Below are positions 8,554 to 16,655 of a stretch of 38,140 nucleotides of DNA, one piece after another (position 1 is the stretch's first letter; every line of letters starts with the position of its first letter). The notes beneath the pieces were generated by a model that saw only the letters and a program-made list of their open reading frames with translations, searched no databases and was not told the origin of the DNA. This DNA is from Candidatus Oleincola secundus (GTDB lineage Bacteria; Atribacterota; Phoenicimicrobiia; Phoenicimicrobiales; Stramentimicrobiaceae), in the NCBI GenBank assembly GCA_018400815.1, contig JAGYLS010000011.1, positions 1 through 38,140 on the forward strand. The letters are read 5' to 3'. Made by a program: the position numbers and the translations under genes.

Positions 8554-10197
8554 TTATGATAATCCTTTTGATTTTCTGTATCTTTGAATAAAATTATTTG
8601 TTGAACTATCGTGTCTAGGTGAAGATATATTTGCATTGTTGAGTTCAGGGAAAATTTTTGCTGCAAGATTTTTTCCTAACTCTACTCCCCATTGATCAAA
8701 AGAATTGATTTGCCAAATTACTCCCTCGGTAAATACACTATGTTCATATAAAGCCACCAATTTCCCCAGTGCTGCAGGAGTCAATTTATCCATTACAATC
8801 ATGCTGGAAGGGCGGTTTCCTTGAAAAATTCGATGCGGAATCAGTTTTTCGGGAATCTTCTCCTCTTCCGCTTCCTGCCGAGTCTTACCAAAAGCAAGTG
8901 CCTCTGCCTGAGCAAGAACATTAGCAATAAGCAAATCATGGTGATTATCTACTGGATTAAGGGATTCAGTAAAAGCAATAAAGTCACAGGGAACAAGTTT
9001 AGTCCCTTGATGGATCAATTGATAGAAAGAATGCTGACCATTAGTGCCGGGTTCACCCCAATAAACGGGTCCAGTTTGATAGGGCGTCTCTCTATTATCA
9101 ATGGTAATATGCTTACCGTTGCTCTCCATGGTAAGTTGTTGCAGATAAGCCGGAAAACGCTTCAAGTATTGCTCATAAGGCAATACTGCCACAGTCTGTG
9201 CTCCAAAAAAGTTATTGTACCAAATACCTAATAGACCAGATATTACCGGTATGTTTTTATGAAAAGGAACTTTTCTAAAGTGTTCGTCCATCTGATGAAA
9301 GCCATCAAGCATAGCGTGAAAATTCTCAGGACCAATAGCAATCATAGTTGAAAGCCCTATAGCGGAACATAAAGAATAGCGTCCCCCAACCCAATCCCAA
9401 AATTCAAACATATTCTCAGGTAGAATACCAAATTCTTTCACTTTAGGAATATTGGTTGAAACAGCCACAAAATGCTTGGCAATAGCATCTGTGTCTTTCA
9501 ATTCATGAATTATCCATTCTCTTGCCGTTTTGGCATTAGTCATGGTCTCCTGGGTATTAAAACTTTTCGAGGATACAATAAACAATGTTTCTTCGGGATC
9601 AAGATCACGAGTAGCTTCGACAAAATCAGTCGCATCAATATTGGAAATAAACCGAAAACATAATTCGCGATTACTGTAATAACGCAAAGCCTCATATGCC
9701 ATTACTGGACCCAGGTCAGAGCCTCCAATGCCTATATTAACTACATTACGCACCGATTTACCAGTATATCCTTTCCACTGCCCATTTCGCACTTTATTGG
9801 CGAGATTAGCCATTCTATCAAGAACATCATGAACTTTTGGCACAACATTTTCTCCGTCTACCATAATAGATTTTCCCTTTGGAGTACGTAAAGCAATATG
9901 TAAGGCAGCCCTGTCTTCAGTAATATTAATTTTTTCTCCCCGAAACATGTCATCAATATGAGTACGCAGCCCTGATTCTTCTGCCAATTGCCAGAGCAAT
10001 TGAAGGGTTTCATTGGTCACCCTATGTTTGGAGTAATCATAATATATACCGATATCTTCAACGGCCATCTGCTCCCCTCGTAAGGAATCTTCAGCAAAAA
10101 GCTCTCGTAAATGTAATTGTTTTACCTTTATATAATGATTTTTCAATAATCCCCATGCATGGTATTTATTATTCAGCCTATTGTTGTCTTTTATCAT
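8554..10197 (-). CDS. pgi: Glucose-6-phosphate isomerase
   Basis: Motifs [46 protein letters not shown] and [10 protein letters not shown]. Confidence 0.98.
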   Translation of the reverse strand: MIKDNNRLNNKYHAWGLLKNHYIKVKQLHLRELFAEDSLRGEQMAVEDIGIYYDYSKHRVTNETLQLLWQLAEESGLRTHIDDMFRGEKINITEDRAALHIALRTPKGKSIMVDGENVVPKVHDVLDRMANLANKVRNGQWKGYTGKSVRNVVNIGIGGSDLGPVMAYEALRYYSNRELCFRFISNIDATDFVEATRDLDPEETLFIVSSKSFNTQETMTNAKTAREWIIHELKDTDAIAKHFVAVSTNIPKVKEFGILPENMFEFWDWVGGRYSLCSAIGLSTMIAIGPENFHAMLDGFHQMDEHFRKVPFHKNIPVISGLLGIWYNNFFGAQTVAVLPYEQYLKRFPAYLQQLTMESNGKHITIDNRETPYQTGPVYWGEPGTNGQHSFYQLIHQGTKLVPCDFIAFTESLNPVDNHHDLLIANVLAQAEALAFGKTRQEAEEEKIPEKLIPHRIFQGNRPSSMIVMDKLTPAALGKLVALYEHSVFTEGVIWQINSFDQWGVELGKNLAAKIFPELNNANISSPRHDSSTNNFIQRYRKSKGLS

Positions 10198-10353
10198 TGC
10201 TATCCTCCTTTTGATTTATCTCTTAATAGTACATCCAACATAAATACGGATAAGATGATAGATAATTATTATATTTATTTCTATTTTTATTTTAACAATT
10301 TTGAGTCGCTTTAGCTATATATTTTATCAATACTAAAATAATGAATTTTTCTT

Positions 10354-10593
10354 TCTTTATTTAACCATTACCACCTTCTAAGAAGGTGGTAATGGTTAAA
10401 TAAATTGGTTTTACCATAAAAAGATTAAGAGTAGCTTGATGACAATTTTTCAGCTGAAGTCCAAAGTTGGAAGTATTATTGCTTAGAAATATTATAGCTA
10501 TAGGTTAAATAAAAAATCGAAAGAAAAGAGCTAAAAAGTTAAACCTTTTTAGGGGTTCTTAAAGCCACCCGCTATGCGGGTGCGATATTTACT
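10354..10593 (+). mobile_element. Non-coding hairpin-bounded repeat, copy 1 (putative IS200/IS605-derived non-autonomous element)
   Basis: Perfect 23-bp hairpin at 10356-10404. The right end has 38 bp (10556-10593) identical to 32805-32842, including the stem CACCCGC-TAT-GCGGGTG. No ORF. The mobile-element assignment is inference. Confidence 0.6.
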
Positions 10594-10668
10594 TTTCACC
10601 TCTAAAATCATATCAATCGTATACAAAGATCTATAATAATTGCAGAATCATTTAATAAGATTTTTCTA

Positions 10669-10697
10669 TTGACGGAAACATATGTTTGCTTTATAAT
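10669..10697 (+). promoter_or_regulatory. lexA promoter with LexA-type operator in the spacer
   Basis: TTGACG (10669-10674), 17 nt spacer, TATAAT (10692-10697). The palindrome AAACATATGTTT (10676-10687) resembles the Gram-positive GAAC-N4-GTTC box. Confidence 0.85.
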
Positions 10698-10741
10698 AAA
10701 ATTACTCAGAGGCAATAAAAATTCATTGATAGGAAAATTTT

Positions 10742-11353
10742 ATGACTTATAACGAAGAAGTATTGACTAAAAAACAAAAGAAAGTACTTGAAGTTATTCG
10801 TATTAATATTCAGGAAACAGGTTATCCGCCAACAGTTCGGGAATTATGCAGGGCATTGGGAGTTCATTCATCTGCTACGGCTTTCAAATACCTGAAAATT
10901 CTGGAAAAGAAAGGCTACATCAGGCGAGAGAAAGAAAAAACAAGGGCCATTAAGCTAACACCGCAAATTCGAAACTTCCCTTTAGTCGGCAAAGTAGCCG
11001 CCGGAAACCCTCTATTGGCATTACAGGAATACACCGAAATTATTCCTGTACCGGAAGAGCTGGCCGGTAATACAGGCAGTTTCCTGGTTCAGGTTGAGGG
11101 GGACAGCATGATCGGTGATCACATCCTGAATGGAGATTATGTGATGATTAATCCTCAAAGTAATGCTGATAATGGAGATATTGTTATCGCCCTTGTCAAT
11201 CAGGAAGAAGTAACAGTCAAGCGATTCCATAAAAACAAAGACAAAATTAGTCTAATGCCCTCCAACCCGGCTTATCAGCCCATTATTACCCGGGATGTTG
11301 TCATCCTGGGCAAAGTAACGGGTATTATTCGCAGATTCAATGGGAGGAAATAA
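10742..11353 (+). CDS. lexA: SOS repressor LexA
   Basis: HTH GYPPTVRELC, Ala-Gly cleavage site VGKVAAG, catalytic Ser in GDSM and catalytic Lys in VTVKR. Confidence 0.95.
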   Translation: MTYNEEVLTKKQKKVLEVIRINIQETGYPPTVRELCRALGVHSSATAFKYLKILEKKGYIRREKEKTRAIKLTPQIRNFPLVGKVAAGNPLLALQEYTEIIPVPEELAGNTGSFLVQVEGDSMIGDHILNGDYVMINPQSNADNGDIVIALVNQEEVTVKRFHKNKDKISLMPSNPAYQPIITRDVVILGKVTGIIRRFNGRK

Positions 11354-11362
11354 GTAAAAATT

Positions 11363-12178
11363 ATGCTTTACATCGGAACTTCAGGTTTTAGTTACCAGGA
11401 CTGGATTGGTCCTTTTTATCCGGAAAATATTAAAAAAGGGAATATGCTTCATCTTTATGCCCAACAATTTAATACGGTGGAGATTAACTCCTCCTATTAT
11501 CGCATTCCACCGGCAGCTGTTTTCTATCACTTGCAGCGCAAGGTACCGGATAATTTTAAGTTCTCGGTAAAAGCCAACCGGGAAATGACTCACACCCGGG
11601 AGAACAATCAAGCAGTCTTCCAGGAATTTAAGACATCCTTACAGCCACTACTGGACAGCGGTAAATTAGGCTGTATTTTAGCTCAATTCCCCTACTCTTT
11701 TCATTACAATAGAAAAAACCGGGATTATCTTTACTATTTGAAAGAAAAAATGAATGAATTCCCCTTAATTGTTGAATTTCGCAATACTTACTGGATAAGA
11801 GAAGAAGTATTTGATTTTCTCAAAAAAAACGAAATAGGATTCTGTGCAGTAGATCAGCCCCCCTTAAAAGGGTTAATTCCCCCCATAGCAGAAACAACTT
11901 CTAATTTAGGTTATATCCGTTTTCACGGACGCAATAAAGAAAAATGGTGGCAGCACGAACAAGCTTATCAGCGCTATGATTATCTTTATTCCGAACAGGA
12001 ATTGAAGGAATGGGTACCAAAGATTACACGAATTAGCGCACAAACTACCAACCAGTATATTTTTATGAATAATCATTACAAAGGGAAAGCAACTAAAAAT
12101 GCTCTGATGCTAATGAAATTACTTCGGCAAGAAACTATACCGAATGAACTGACAAACAAAACAAGAGAAAATAAATAA
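11363..12178 (+). CDS. DUF72 domain protein (YecE/YunF-like)
   Basis: Motifs YIGTSGFSYQDW, FNTVEINSSYYRIP, FKFSVKA, LAQFPYSF, VEFRN, YIRFHGRN, YDYLYSEQELKEW and FMNNH. Confidence 0.93.
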   Translation: MLYIGTSGFSYQDWIGPFYPENIKKGNMLHLYAQQFNTVEINSSYYRIPPAAVFYHLQRKVPDNFKFSVKANREMTHTRENNQAVFQEFKTSLQPLLDSGKLGCILAQFPYSFHYNRKNRDYLYYLKEKMNEFPLIVEFRNTYWIREEVFDFLKKNEIGFCAVDQPPLKGLIPPIAETTSNLGYIRFHGRNKEKWWQHEQAYQRYDYLYSEQELKEWVPKITRISAQTTNQYIFMNNHYKGKATKNALMLMKLLRQETIPNELTNKTRENK

Positions 12179-12200
12179 TTATATTTTTTTCGCCGTTATG

Positions 12201-12214
12201 GCAAACATATGTTC
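12201..12214. promoter_or_regulatory. Second LexA-type operator, upstream of the dnaE RBS
   Basis: GCAAACATATGTTC. Its reverse complement GAACATATGTTTGC shares 13 contiguous bases with the lexA operator (AACATATGTTTGC). Confidence 0.75.
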
Positions 12215-12233
12215 ACTAAAGAAAGGAAAACAG

Positions 12234-14921
12234 ATGAGTTTCATCCATTTACACCTGCACTCTCAATACAGTTTGCAAAATGGGTTAGGAAATATTGAGC
12301 AGATTATAAACAAGGTCCTGGAATTAAAAATGAACTCCGTAGCACTAACTGATCATGACGGAATGTATGGGGCTATTGAATTTTATAAAAAATCTATTTC
12401 TGCAGGAATAAAACCAATTATTGGTTGTGAAATCCGGGTCAAAAGTAAATTTTTACCTGAACAGATAACTCACCTGGTGCTTCTGGCTCAAAACAATAGT
12501 GGATACCGCAATCTATGCCAATTAATTAGCCAGGCCCACCTATCCAATCCCCTGCAGATACCTGCTATTGACCGGGAAACAATCTCAGAATACTCTGAAG
12601 GACTTATTGTTCTCTCCGGGTGCCTGCAGGGAGAAATACCTCTACTTATTGCCCGAAAAAAATACCGGGAAGCAGAAAGAACTGCCTTGTGGTACAAAAA
12701 ACTATTCGGGACTGAAAATTTTTACCTGGAAATTTCCTTTCATGGCTTAGAACAAGAAAAATTAATTAATCAATATATTGTCGATTTGAGCAAAAAGTTA
12801 TCTATTCCCCTGGTAGCCACCAATAACGTTCATTACCCAGAAAAGGAACAGGCCCCTTTTCAAAATATGGTTAACAGTATTGCCAGTCAGAGCACCCGGA
12901 AATGCTTTCACTATAATTCCTTACCCAACAATCAGTATTATTTGAAATCATGCCGGGAAATGAAAGAGCTTTTCCCTCATTTGCCGGAAGCAATAAAAAA
13001 CACGGAAAAAATTGCCGGGAAATGTCAGCTGAAACTTGAATTAGGCAAAATTCGGCTACCCTCTTATCAGCCTCCTGGGTCCTATTCGGCTCCGGAATAC
13101 CTAGAGAAATTATGCCTGCAAGGCTTAAGAAAATATTATCCGGACCCTTCCAGCCAGGCTTTTTACCGTATGAAATATGAATTGCAAATTATTAACCAGA
13201 TGGGTTTTGCTGGCTATTTCTTGATTGTTAGAAATATTGTTCAATTTGCCAAACAGAATAATATTCCCGTCGGGCCGGGAAAAGGATCTGCAGCCGGTAG
13301 TTTAGTATCTTACCTGCTTAATATTACCGAAGTAGACCCGCTAAAATTTAAGCTATTCTTTGAAAGATTTTTAAATCCTCAACGCATTGACTTACCTGAC
13401 ATTGATATTGATTTCGGACAAATCGGCAGAGATAAAGTGATTGATTATATTTTTAAAAAATTCGGACGGGAACAGGTAACTCATGTCTGTACTATCAATA
13501 CTTATGCTGCCCGTTCTGCCGTACGGGATGTGGGCAGAGCCCTGGGATTTTCTTACCAGGAATTAAACAAAATTGCAAAAATGATGCCTTACTTTTCTTC
13601 ACCGGGAGTTATCAGTGCTTCTTTAAGACATTTGCCTGAACTAAAAAAGCTTTCTTATCAGAAAGAACCTTTTCGTTCCTTATTTTCTTATGCTCAATTT
13701 ATGGAAGGAAAACCACGTCATCTCTCAGTTCATGCCTCAGCCATGATTATTGCTAATCAGCCGCTAGCCAATCTCATTCCGCTGGAACTAAGCCCGGAAG
13801 GAGAAATCATCAGTCAATATGAAAAAGAAGGTATTAAGGATATGGGGCTATTAAAAATTGATATTTTGGGTTCTCGCAGCTTAACGGTAATCCAAAAAAC
13901 CCTACAGAATCTTGATAAAGATAAAATTGGCATAAATTTAAAAAATATACCCCTGGATGACGCACGAACTTTTTACACCCTGAAAAAAGGGAAAACTCTG
14001 GGTGTTTTTCAATTGGAAAGTTCAGGGATGGCTTCTTTATTAAAACAACTGTCACCATCCTGCCTGGAAGATTTGATTGCCGCTCTTTCTCTTTACCGTC
14101 CTGGACCTTGGGATAGCGGTATGACCAAGCAATACCTGGAAAGAAAGCATGGATACGCAAAAATAGAATACCCGCATGAACGGATAAAAGAAATACTAAA
14201 AGATACCTACGGAGTTATTCTCTACCAGGAACAGGTAATGCAGGTTGTCTCGGCCATCGCCGGGCTAAATCCAGGTGAAGCTGACCTTTTTCGCAGAGCA
14301 ATAAGTTCTCGATCACCTGTTATTATGGAAGAACAACGTGTTCTATTTTTAAAAAAATCTTCACAACAGGGACTTAATCGAGAAGAAGCCGAATATATAT
14401 TTAACCTGGTTGCCAAATTTGCCTATTACGGCTTTAATAAAGCACACAGTACCTCTTATGCATTTCTTTCTTATCTGACCTGTTATCTTAAAGTGCATTA
14501 TCCGGCACACTATCTTGCTGCCCTGCTTACCTATGGAATGGGCTATTATGACATGGATCGTTATATACAGGAAGCTCGCCGTTTTCAAGTCCGTATTTTA
14601 TCGCCTGATATGAATAAAAGTAATGCCGGTTTCTCTGTAGAGGGTAAAGCTATCCGAATAGGACTCTTAAGAGTAAAAGGCCTGGGCATTAAACAAATAG
14701 AACATATTTTAAAAACAAGGGACAAAGATGGCCCTTTTCTGTCTCTGCATGACTTTTGTACTAGAATTGATTCTGCTAGAATTACTCGTACTGTTATCGA
14801 AAACTTGATTAAAGTAGGTGCTTTTGATTTTATAGCATACCCTAGATCTGTATTGCTAAATATATTGCCGATTGTTCTAAAGGAAGTCAGAAAGGAGAAA
14901 AAACAATGTCAACTCTCATAA
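12234..14921 (+). CDS. dnaE: C-family DNA polymerase (DnaE-type alpha subunit; PHP + polymerase + HhH, no OB/CTD), probably accessory and error-prone
   Basis: PHP start FIHLHLHSQYS, catalytic PDIDIDF and KIDILG, plus GVFQLES, LYRPGP and YGFNKAHS. Start moved to the ATG at 12234 (RBS AAAGGA); the ORF track starts at 12198. Confidence 0.9.
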   Translation: MSFIHLHLHSQYSLQNGLGNIEQIINKVLELKMNSVALTDHDGMYGAIEFYKKSISAGIKPIIGCEIRVKSKFLPEQITHLVLLAQNNSGYRNLCQLISQAHLSNPLQIPAIDRETISEYSEGLIVLSGCLQGEIPLLIARKKYREAERTALWYKKLFGTENFYLEISFHGLEQEKLINQYIVDLSKKLSIPLVATNNVHYPEKEQAPFQNMVNSIASQSTRKCFHYNSLPNNQYYLKSCREMKELFPHLPEAIKNTEKIAGKCQLKLELGKIRLPSYQPPGSYSAPEYLEKLCLQGLRKYYPDPSSQAFYRMKYELQIINQMGFAGYFLIVRNIVQFAKQNNIPVGPGKGSAAGSLVSYLLNITEVDPLKFKLFFERFLNPQRIDLPDIDIDFGQIGRDKVIDYIFKKFGREQVTHVCTINTYAARSAVRDVGRALGFSYQELNKIAKMMPYFSSPGVISASLRHLPELKKLSYQKEPFRSLFSYAQFMEGKPRHLSVHASAMIIANQPLANLIPLELSPEGEIISQYEKEGIKDMGLLKIDILGSRSLTVIQKTLQNLDKDKIGINLKNIPLDDARTFYTLKKGKTLGVFQLESSGMASLLKQLSPSCLEDLIAALSLYRPGPWDSGMTKQYLERKHGYAKIEYPHERIKEILKDTYGVILYQEQVMQVVSAIAGLNPGEADLFRRAISSRSPVIMEEQRVLFLKKSSQQGLNREEAEYIFNLVAKFAYYGFNKAHSTSYAFLSYLTCYLKVHYPAHYLAALLTYGMGYYDMDRYIQEARRFQVRILSPDMNKSNAGFSVEGKAIRIGLLRVKGLGIKQIEHILKTRDKDGPFLSLHDFCTRIDSARITRTVIENLIKVGAFDFIAYPRSVLLNILPIVLKEVRKEKKQCQLS

Positions 14922-15409
14922 AATTTGAAACAAAAACCGTAGAGAACAATTTATTGCTTCAGGAAACTATCCCTGCCTACAACTTTTCTCCTTCTGCTAT
15001 TTTAAAGATAGAGAAGGAAATTTTAGGAATCTATCTCAGTGCTCATCCCCTTTCAATATACCGACAGAAAATAGCAAGACATTCATCACATAAATACCTC
15101 CCTATTAAAAGTCACCATATTGGCCAGCTGACTCCCGGTCGGCCTGTTTTGATTGGCGGTCTCCTGGTCCAAACCAGAAGGCAATTTACCAAACATCACG
15201 AAGTAATGGCTTTCCTGTTATTGGAAGATGAAACAGGTTTTTTTGAAGCTATTGCTTTCCCTGATATTTTTAATAAGTATTTTTCTTTATTTGTTAAAGA
15301 CGCACTACTCTTGATTCAAGGTAATACAAGCAACAAAAGTGGGGAAGAAAAAATAATCATACAGGAAATAAGCAATATTCACTCCTGTCTCGAGGGAAAT
15401 ACAGCATAG
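14906..15409 (+). CDS. DnaE C-terminal OB-fold module as a separate ORF
   Basis: EKEILGIYLSAHPL and MAFLLLEDETGFFEAIAFP match the DnaE OB region. It has its own RBS AGGAG (14893-14897) and overlaps dnaE by 16 nt. Confidence 0.8.
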   Translation: MSTLIKFETKTVENNLLLQETIPAYNFSPSAILKIEKEILGIYLSAHPLSIYRQKIARHSSHKYLPIKSHHIGQLTPGRPVLIGGLLVQTRRQFTKHHEVMAFLLLEDETGFFEAIAFPDIFNKYFSLFVKDALLLIQGNTSNKSGEEKIIIQEISNIHSCLEGNTA

Positions 15410-15415
15410 CTAAGT

Positions 15416-16639
15416 ATGGAAGGAAAGGAAATTCAAAAAATGCCTGCTCAAGAAAAACGTTCTATTATTCATCTTGATCTGGATGCTTTTTTTGCCTCGG
15501 TAGAACAACGAGACAATACCATATACCGGAATAAGCCACTTATTGTGGGTGGTAGATTGAACCAAAATGGCGAACTATCCCGCCGGGGGGTAGTTTGTGC
15601 TGCTTCTTATCAGGCCAGAAAATACGGTATTCATGCCGGTATGCCCATCTGGGAAGCACAACAGAAATGTCCTGAAGCGATATTTGCCCCAGCCCGGATT
15701 CGATATTACACTCTGGCTTCCCGGCAGTTCTTCCGGATATGTAGTGAATATACCCCTCTGATTGAACCTTTGAGTATCGATGAAGCCTTTTTGGATGTAA
15801 CGGGATGTAAATCATTATTCGGATCAGCAGAAGTAATTGCCCAAAAAATTAAAACCAGAGTCAACAAAGAACTACATTTGCCTGTTTCAGTAGGAATGGC
15901 TTCTAACAAATTCCTGGCTAAGATTGCTACCAATCTGGGTAAGCCGGATGGGTTCTTTGTCCTTTCCGATGATAAAGTTTCAGAAACCTTATCTGGCCTG
16001 TCCATCACTAAATTATGGGGAATTGGACAAAAAACAGCTGAAATATTAAATCGTTCCGGCATCTTTACGATAAAACAGTTAACTCAGATGCCGGATATTA
16101 TCCTGCAAGAAATATTGGGAGAAAATGGCAGCAAAATAAAACAATTAGCACAGGGTATTGACAACAGTCCGGTCTGTCCTATCGAAGAGGTTAAATCAAT
16201 CGGGCGAGAGATGACTTTCCCGGAAAATATTTCTAATAAGGATAAATTGATTAAAATTCTTCTGGGGCTCAGCCAGAATATTGGCTATACTGCGCGAAAA
16301 AGAGGATATTCAGGAAAGACAATTACCTTAAAAGTTCGTTTTCCTAATTTTAAAACCCTGCAAAAATCTGCTTCACTCCAACAGGCTACCAGTTTGGATG
16401 ATATTATCTTCCAGAAATCCAGAAATTTATTGGATTTAATAACTATCAAGCCACCGGGAATACGTTTGTTAGGGATTAAACTTTCTTCGCTGAAGCATGG
16501 TAAACAGCCAAAACAACTCAGTTTTTCCCAGGACCAGGTCCAAGAAGAAAAATGGGTTGCTCTGACTCAGTCAGTAGATAAAATCCGTGAAAAATATGGT
16601 AAATACCTTATTCAACGGGCATCACTTTTAAAAAAATAA
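15416..16639 (+). CDS. dinB: DNA polymerase IV (Y-family)
   Basis: Motifs IIHLDLDAFFASVEQ, AASYQARKYGI, SIDEAFLD, NKFLAKIA and LWGIG, plus a clamp-type motif QLSF near the C-terminus. Confidence 0.95.
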   Translation: MEGKEIQKMPAQEKRSIIHLDLDAFFASVEQRDNTIYRNKPLIVGGRLNQNGELSRRGVVCAASYQARKYGIHAGMPIWEAQQKCPEAIFAPARIRYYTLASRQFFRICSEYTPLIEPLSIDEAFLDVTGCKSLFGSAEVIAQKIKTRVNKELHLPVSVGMASNKFLAKIATNLGKPDGFFVLSDDKVSETLSGLSITKLWGIGQKTAEILNRSGIFTIKQLTQMPDIILQEILGENGSKIKQLAQGIDNSPVCPIEEVKSIGREMTFPENISNKDKLIKILLGLSQNIGYTARKRGYSGKTITLKVRFPNFKTLQKSASLQQATSLDDIIFQKSRNLLDLITIKPPGIRLLGIKLSSLKHGKQPKQLSFSQDQVQEEKWVALTQSVDKIREKYGKYLIQRASLLKK

Positions 16640-16655
16640 TATCATTTCTAAAAAG

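Noticed and set aside
10356..10404. 23-bp hairpin as a CRISPR repeat, integron attC site or simple terminator
   Set aside because: There is no repeat-spacer array or cas gene and no RYYYAAC/GTTRRRY cassette context. It lies between divergent genes and is part of a longer repeated element.
12234..15409. Split-intein dnaE as in cyanobacteria
   Set aside because: No intein N-terminal (C/S) block or C-terminal HN motif is present at the junction; both parts read as plain DnaE sequence.
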